A stretch of 64,000 bases of DNA from assembly GCA_964202905.1 (NCBI GenBank), contig CAXNJO010000001.1, forward strand, positions 384,001 to 448,000, read 5' to 3'. Positions 58,863 through 64,000 of this stretch are shown one piece after another. Source of the stretch: Polyangiales bacterium (GTDB taxonomy: Bacteria > Myxococcota_A > Polyangia > Polyangiales > JADJQN01). Under the pieces are notes generated by a model. That model did not search any database. It saw nothing but the letters and a program-made list of their open reading frames with translations, and was not told the DNA's origin. The stretch's first letter is position 1. Each line of letters opens with the position of its first letter. The translations under genes were made by a program, and so were the position numbers.

Positions 58863-59843
58863 ATGGCCGAGCGCGACCTGTACGGAATCCTCGGCGTCCC
58901 CCGCGACGTCACGCCGGACGCCCTGAAGAAGGCCTACCGCGCGCGCGCGAAGGATCTGCACCCCGACCGCAACCCCGGCGACAAACGCTCGGAGGAGCGG
59001 TTCAAGGACGTCACCTACGCCTACGACATCCTGTCCGACGCGAGCAAGCGCGCGTTGTTCGACGAGTTCGGGGAAGCGGGCGTGCGGGAGGGCTTCGACG
59101 CCAACGCCGCCCGGCAGATGCGGGCGTACCAGCAGTCCGCCGGCAGCGGTCGCGGACGCGGGGGCGGCTCGCTGGAGGACATCTTCGGCTCCATCGGGGG
59201 GGCGGGCCCAGGCGGATTTTCGTTCGACCTCGAGGACCTCCTCGGCGGCCGCAGCGGGAGCCGTCGCGCACGTCGGCCCACGCGGGGGTCGGATCTCGAG
59301 AGCGAGATCACCGTCACGTTCACGGACGCGCTGCGTGGCACGGAGCAGGCGCTCACCTTCCGGATGCCCGGCTCGGACGCGCCGGTCACCGTGCGCGCGC
59401 GCATCCCGGCCGGCGTCGCCGAGGGCAACAAGGTCCGGCTCCGCGGACAGGGCGCGCCGGGCGCAGGCGGTGGGCTCTCGGGCGACATCGTGCTCACCGT
59501 GCACGTCGAGCCGCACGAGTTCTTCCGCCGCGAGGGCGACGACCTCCACGTGACGCTGCCGATCACGGTCGGCGAGGGGCTCCGCGGCGCGAAAGTGCGC
59601 GTGCCGACGCTCGATGGCGACGTGCAGTTGCGCATCCCGCCACGCACGCAGGGCGGCGCGACGCTGCGCCTCCGCGGCAAGGGCGCGCCGGCGCGGGGCG
59701 GTGAACACGGCAGCGAGCGCGGCGACCTCTACGCGCACGTGCAGATCCGCTTGCCCGAGGGCGAACTGCCCGAGCTCGACGCGGCGCTCGACGCGCTCGA
59801 GGCCGCGTATGGCGGCGACGTCCGGGAACGCCTCGCGCTCTAG
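58863..59843 (+). CDS. Class B J-domain chaperone (CbpA/DnaJ-like, no zinc finger)
   Basis: DLYGILGV, HPD motif, G/F-rich linker, C-terminal DnaJ domain (LRLRGKG, GDLY), and no CxxCxGxG repeats. Confidence 0.93.
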   Translation: MAERDLYGILGVPRDVTPDALKKAYRARAKDLHPDRNPGDKRSEERFKDVTYAYDILSDASKRALFDEFGEAGVREGFDANAARQMRAYQQSAGSGRGRGGGSLEDIFGSIGGAGPGGFSFDLEDLLGGRSGSRRARRPTRGSDLESEITVTFTDALRGTEQALTFRMPGSDAPVTVRARIPAGVAEGNKVRLRGQGAPGAGGGLSGDIVLTVHVEPHEFFRREGDDLHVTLPITVGEGLRGAKVRVPTLDGDVQLRIPPRTQGGATLRLRGKGAPARGGEHGSERGDLYAHVQIRLPEGELPELDAALDALEAAYGGDVRERLAL

Positions 59844-59928
59844 TACGCGTCCTCGCTGGCGCAGCACCGAACGAGCGTGATGCGGCGTTGCGCCCACGCC
59901 GCCCGGGGCAATCGGTATCGAATTTGAG

Positions 59929-62718
59929 TCAGGAACCGCGGCGGATGCGCACGCGGACGAGCACGTCGTCAGGGAGGACCCCGTCGAGCAGGTCGAGGCC
60001 CCGCACGACACGCGCGAACGCCGTGTAGCGGCCGTCGAGGTGCGGCTGGGCCGCCTGCGCGATGAAGAACTGGCTCCCGCCGGTGTCGCGGCCCGCGAGC
60101 GCCATGCCGACGGTCCCGCGCTCGTAGCGGACGCGGTTGTCCTCGCAGCGCTGCGAGAAGCCGGGGCCTCCGTAGCCGTCGCCGCGCGGGTCGCCGCCCT
60201 GCACGACGAAGCCGGGCACGACGCGGTGCAAGCGCAGGCCGTCGTAGAAGCCGCGCTCCGCAAGCTGGACGAAGCGGGCGACGGTGGCCGGCGCCTCATC
60301 GGGCAGCAGCTGGAGCTCCACCTCCCCGGACGCGAGCGTGATCACCGCGCGGAGCCGCTCGTCGGCGCGCGGCAGGTCCGCGGCGGAGAGCGCGTCGCGC
60401 AAGGGGGGCGTCTCGCCGGACACGTCGGCGGCGTCGCCCGTGGAGGCATCGACGAACACGTCCGCGGCGGCGGCAGAAGCGGCCGATCCGCCCGCGTCCG
60501 GCGCGGTGGCCCCCGGCGCGTCCACCGCGTCCACCGGCCGAGCGGAGGCTGCGGACGCTGCGGAAGGCGCGGATGTGCCGGGGACGGCGGTGGGGCTGGG
60601 TGTGCGCGCCAGGGAGAGCGTCGCGAGCGTCTGCCGGGTCGTGGCCGCTTTGCGGCGCACCGCGACGTTGGTGTGGGCCTCGAGGGCGCGGACGGCGTCG
60701 CCGAGCGCGGGGTCCCGGAGGGCCGCGACGGCGTCGAGCCAGCCCTGCAATCCCTCGAGTTCGTCGGTGCGGCGGAGCAGGTCGTGCGCCGCGGAGAGCG
60801 CGGTACGCACCTCCGCGGAGAGCGGAGCGGCTGGGCGTTGGGCGCGACCGACCCCGGACGGCGGCGGTGGGGCGGGGCCACCCGATGGCAGCGCATCGAC
60901 CCAGCCGCGCAGCCGCGCCGGGCGCGCCACGACCGCCTCGAGCGCGCTCGTGACGACACCGGGATCCGACTCGCGCAGTCCCCGCAGCACGAGACGCACC
61001 GCGAGCACGTCCTCGACAGCGGGGGTCGCGGCGAGCACCGCTTCGCGCACGCGTGCATCCCCTCGCTCGTAGAGGCGGAGCAGGTAGCCCGCGCGCCCCG
61101 CCGGGTCGCCCGACGCGCGGGCGAGGACCTGTGCGGCGCGGACGTCGCGCTCGGCCTCGCCGACCAGACCATGTCCACAGCGCAGGACGCGCTGCGGCCA
61201 GCCGTGCACCGCATCCACGAGCCGCGCGGCGAGGCAGTGGGCCAGCCCGTCGGCACGCGTCGCGCGCGACGAGACGTCGCCGAGTCGACGCAGGGCTTCG
61301 TCCGCGAGGGGCGCGACGCCCACACCCGTCGCGACCGGCAGCGCCTCGTCGAGTGCCACGAGCAACACGTGCGCTGCCGGGAGGGAGAGCCCGGCCGCCG
61401 TCCCCACTGCGGCGTCCGTCGGAGCGCCCGCCATGCGCGCGTCGGATGACTGCGCATCGGGTTGCCTCGGGCCCTGCTGCGGGGGCCGCGCTGCGGGGCG
61501 CACGGGGATCTGCGCGTCGAGCACGGCGCGGAGGGCGTCCGCATAGGGGCCGTCGTGCGCGGGGTCGCTGCGCCGGGCGAGCGAACGAAAGGCCTGCGCG
61601 CCGACGCGCCAGTCGGGGTCGCCCGCGAGCGCGACGAGGTCGCCGACGCCCGTCGCCGGGTGTGCGCCGTACGCCCGCGCGGCCATCAAGCGCACTTCCG
61701 GGTCTGCGTCGCGCGCGGTGGCTCGGAGAGCGCGCTCGAGCGCTGCGTGCGTCTCCGCGCTCGACGGCGTGGGGGACGGCTGGCGGGCGAGCGCCCAGGT
61801 GCAAGCCAGGCGCACCGCGGGGGACGCATCCTCGGCAGCGTGCGATGCCACCGCAGCGAGCAGCGCCGCCTCGACTGCGCGTCCACGGAGCCCCGCGGCC
61901 CCGACGCCGCGGCACGCGCCTTCACGCACGGGCGTGTTGGCCGCGTCGTCCGGCGTCTCTGCGGATAGCGCGTCGCGCCACGCGGACTCGGCTTCCGGGC
62001 CAGCGACCCGCCCGAGATCGGCGAGCAGCACCCCGCGCGTACGCGCATCGGGCTCCGTCGCAGCGGCGCCGAGGAGCCGGGTCCGCACCTCACGGGGCGC
62101 GTCGTCCTCGAGTGCGGCGAGACCCAACGAGGCAGCGCGCCGAACCACCGGGTCGGGGTCCGCGAGCGCTGCAGAGAGCTCCGGCACGAAGCGTTCGGCG
62201 TGGAGACGGGCCACGGCGACGGTCGCGGCCGCGCGCGTCGGGGCCTCCGGTGCGAGGAGCGCGTCGCGGAGCGCGGGCGTGATCGCGCGGGCGTCCGCTG
62301 CGGCATGCAGCGCGCGGAGATCGGCCGGATTCGACGGGGGCAGCCCGCTGCGCGTCGCCCCGCCGGCAACCCGGCGTGCGCCGGGATCGTCCGTCCCCGG
62401 CGTCGGCCCCGCGGTGCCGGATGCCGGCGCGGAGGGGCCCGCACCAGACGAGCATGCGGAGAGGACGACGAGCGCGAGCCAGGGCGCGACGCGGGCGAGG
62501 AGGCGCTGACGGAGAGACCTGCGTGGGACCCGCGGTGTCGATGCGCGCAGCGCGCGGCAGCGCCGCCCGGGGGCGGGGGGGCGCGACGTGGGCGCGCTGA
62601 GGCGCAGCGCGCAGCCGCGCAGCGACAGGTGCAGATCGCATGGCGCAGGGCACGGCGCAGGGCTGGCGGGCCTTCCGGATCCGCCGCGCGACCGCGGTCG
62701 ATCCGACGTACCTGACAT
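59929..62718 (-). CDS. HEAT-repeat lipoprotein with a C-terminal cyclophilin-type peptidyl-prolyl isomerase
   Basis: Lipobox LSAC near 62450. HEAT-like repeats DPDPVVR, DADPEVR, DPDWRV. Cyclophilin FYDGLRLHRVVPGFVVQGGDP...DTGGSQFFI..PHLDGRYT. Start uncertain. Confidence 0.85.
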   Translation of the reverse strand: MSGTSDRPRSRGGSGRPASPAPCPAPCDLHLSLRGCALRLSAPTSRPPAPGRRCRALRASTPRVPRRSLRQRLLARVAPWLALVVLSACSSGAGPSAPASGTAGPTPGTDDPGARRVAGGATRSGLPPSNPADLRALHAAADARAITPALRDALLAPEAPTRAAATVAVARLHAERFVPELSAALADPDPVVRRAASLGLAALEDDAPREVRTRLLGAAATEPDARTRGVLLADLGRVAGPEAESAWRDALSAETPDDAANTPVREGACRGVGAAGLRGRAVEAALLAAVASHAAEDASPAVRLACTWALARQPSPTPSSAETHAALERALRATARDADPEVRLMAARAYGAHPATGVGDLVALAGDPDWRVGAQAFRSLARRSDPAHDGPYADALRAVLDAQIPVRPAARPPQQGPRQPDAQSSDARMAGAPTDAAVGTAAGLSLPAAHVLLVALDEALPVATGVGVAPLADEALRRLGDVSSRATRADGLAHCLAARLVDAVHGWPQRVLRCGHGLVGEAERDVRAAQVLARASGDPAGRAGYLLRLYERGDARVREAVLAATPAVEDVLAVRLVLRGLRESDPGVVTSALEAVVARPARLRGWVDALPSGGPAPPPPSGVGRAQRPAAPLSAEVRTALSAAHDLLRRTDELEGLQGWLDAVAALRDPALGDAVRALEAHTNVAVRRKAATTRQTLATLSLARTPSPTAVPGTSAPSAASAASARPVDAVDAPGATAPDAGGSAASAAAADVFVDASTGDAADVSGETPPLRDALSAADLPRADERLRAVITLASGEVELQLLPDEAPATVARFVQLAERGFYDGLRLHRVVPGFVVQGGDPRGDGYGGPGFSQRCEDNRVRYERGTVGMALAGRDTGGSQFFIAQAAQPHLDGRYTAFARVVRGLDLLDGVLPDDVLVRVRIRRGS

Positions 62719-62749
62719 GACGAGCCGTGGCCATACATGCAGCCGCTTG

Positions 62750-62765
62750 TGTTTCACGTGAAACA
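62750..62765. promoter_or_regulatory. parS: parS centromere site (ParB binding), perfect palindrome TGTTTCACGTGAAACA
   Basis: Exact match to the widely conserved bacterial parS consensus; an AT-rich palindrome in a GC-rich intergenic region. Confidence 0.93.
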
Positions 62766-63258
62766 TCCCTTTTCCCTGAGGAAACCGCCATTTTCGGCCG
62801 GTCGAGCGCGTGCGGCGGATGCCCACCCCGAACGCCCCGAGTCGAAGCCCCCGACCCGAACGCCACGCGGTCGCCCGCTCACCCGTCGCGCGTGAGGGCG
62901 CGCCGAACACACGGCGACGAGAACGCCGCCGCCGGGAGAGCCTACCAGCAGAGGGAGCGCGCGCTGAGGCCACCGCCGGCCGCCGCATCACGGCCTGCGC
63001 TCCCGGCGGCAGCGGCCCGATGCCCTCCACGGCCCCGCAGCGCCCCCCGCCCGCGTCCTGCCCCGCCGCGACGCGACACGGCCCTCTGCGGCGCCGACGC
63101 GACGCGACGCCGCCCGACGTGACGCGACCGCGGCGACGCCGCGGCGAGTGGCACGCGCGACATCCCTCGCGCCCCAACGCTCGAAGGCCCGCTCGCGCCC
63201 CAGCGCGGCACGGGACACCACCATGTCGGCGACGTCCGCCGACGCGTGCCCGCGGACC

Positions 63259-63274
63259 ACCGCCACGTGAAACA
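63259..63274. promoter_or_regulatory. parS: Degenerate parS site (ACCGCCACGTGAAACA)
   Basis: The right 11 bp (CACGTGAAACA) match the perfect site about 500 bp away; the left arm is degenerate. Confidence 0.5.
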
Positions 63275-63359
63275 AGCGCCCCCACGCCACACGCGCCGCC
63301 ACCCTCCCCGGCACCCCGTTCCGTGCCCGCCTCCGCGCGCCGTACTACGTTCCGGCTCC

Positions 63360-64000
63360 ATGTCCCTCGACGACGACGCGCGCCTCCGACTCGCTGCGCT
63401 CGAACGCGCAGGGCTGCTGCGGGCACCCGTCGAGGTCACCTCCCGACAGGGCCCGACGGTCCGTGTCGGTGGCCGAGACGTGCTCTGCCTCTGCGCGAAC
63501 AACTACCTCGGCCTCGCCGACCACCCCGACCTCGTCGCCGCCATGCGCGACGCCCTCGACACGCACGGCGCCGGCGCCGGGGCATCGCGCCTGATCAGCG
63601 GCACCATGACGCCCCACCGCGAGGCCGAACACGCGCTCGCCGCCTTCGTCGGTCTGCCTGCTGCGCTGCTCTTCTCGTCCGGCTACGCCGCGAACCTCGG
63701 CACCCTCCAGGCGCTCTACGACGCCGACGACGTCCTCTTCTCCGACGCGCTGAACCACGCGAGCCTCATCGACGGCTGCCGCCTCACCCGGGCACGCGTC
63801 CACGTCTACCCGCACCGCGACACGGCCGCCCTCGCGCGGCTCCTCGCGGTCCACCGCAGCGAGGGGCGCCGCGCCGCCATCCTCACCGAGAGCTTGTTTT
63901 CCATGGACGGCGACGAGGCCGACCTCCCCGCCTTCCGCGCGCTCGCCGACGCCCACGACGCCGCGCTGTACGTCGACGAAGCACACTCGCTCGGCGTCTT
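63360..64000 (+). CDS. bioF: 8-amino-7-oxononanoate synthase; 5' part only, runs off the window
   Basis: My translation from ATG 63360: MSLDDDARLRL...LCANNYLGLADHP...GAGASRLISG...FSSGYAANLG...DALNHASLIDG...ESLFSMDGD...VDEAHSLG. Confidence 0.9.
   Translation, partial: MSLDDDARLRLAALERAGLLRAPVEVTSRQGPTVRVGGRDVLCLCANNYLGLADHPDLVAAMRDALDTHGAGAGASRLISGTMTPHREAEHALAAFVGLPAALLFSSGYAANLGTLQALYDADDVLFSDALNHASLIDGCRLTRARVHVYPHRDTAALARLLAVHRSEGRRAAILTESLFSMDGDEADLPAFRALADAHDAALYVDEAHSLGV

Noticed and set aside
62720..63426. N-terminal extension of the PPIase ORF to 63426 (1165 aa)
   Set aside because: Low-complexity translation that runs through the parS sites and overlaps the bioF start. The lipobox lies near 62450, so the real start is much further downstream.
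58..63986. Many long alternative-frame or antisense ORFs in the track (e.g. 58..1677, 5579..8863, 9224..11626, 13263..16148, 23220..25979, 31297..33792, 54240..56861)
   Set aside because: Arg/Ala/Gly/Pro-rich shadows of real genes caused by stop-codon scarcity at high GC. They have no recognisable motifs and overlap well-supported CDSs.
1..64000. tRNA, rRNA, IS elements, prophage or defence-system genes
   Set aside because: None recognised by eye. A tRNAscan/Infernal run would be needed to exclude small RNAs in the longer gaps (3820-4150, 26180-26390, 62720-63360).

Overview
Very GC-rich bacterial chromosome segment. MYXO-CTERM-type tails, a DUF2330 protein, a mevalonate cluster and a Pph1-like phosphatase point to Myxococcota (inference). 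It is mostly core and cell-envelope genes: lipA with a branched-chain 2-oxoacid dehydrogenase operon, a six-gene isoprenoid/mevalonate cluster, an NfeD plus two-flotillin operon, gshB, a leuB-like dehydrogenase, Opp/Dpp permeases, thiE, an Omp85-DUF4390-NtrY-like kinase-TlpA operon, glutamate dehydrogenase, uppS-cdsA, a DnaJ-type chaperone, a HEAT/cyclophilin lipoprotein, a perfect parS site and the start of bioF. I found no rRNA, tRNA, IS, integrase or CRISPR array. Most notable: (1) a lipoprotein carrying the motifs of the eukaryotic secretory-pathway Four-jointed/Fam20 kinases, divergent from a NAGPA-type phosphodiester glycosidase and near a DUF2079 membrane protein; (2) a lipoprotein esterase whose alpha/beta-hydrolase core appears circularly permuted; (3) a propeller-like repeat/vanadium-haloperoxidase-type lipoprotein; (4) a Fic protein lacking the catalytic His; (5) repeated TANNNT-N7-9-start architecture suggesting leaderless mRNAs; (6) three envelope genes broken by single-base indels and one internally deleted MYXO-CTERM gene. 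All calls come from reading motifs by eye; no database searches were run.
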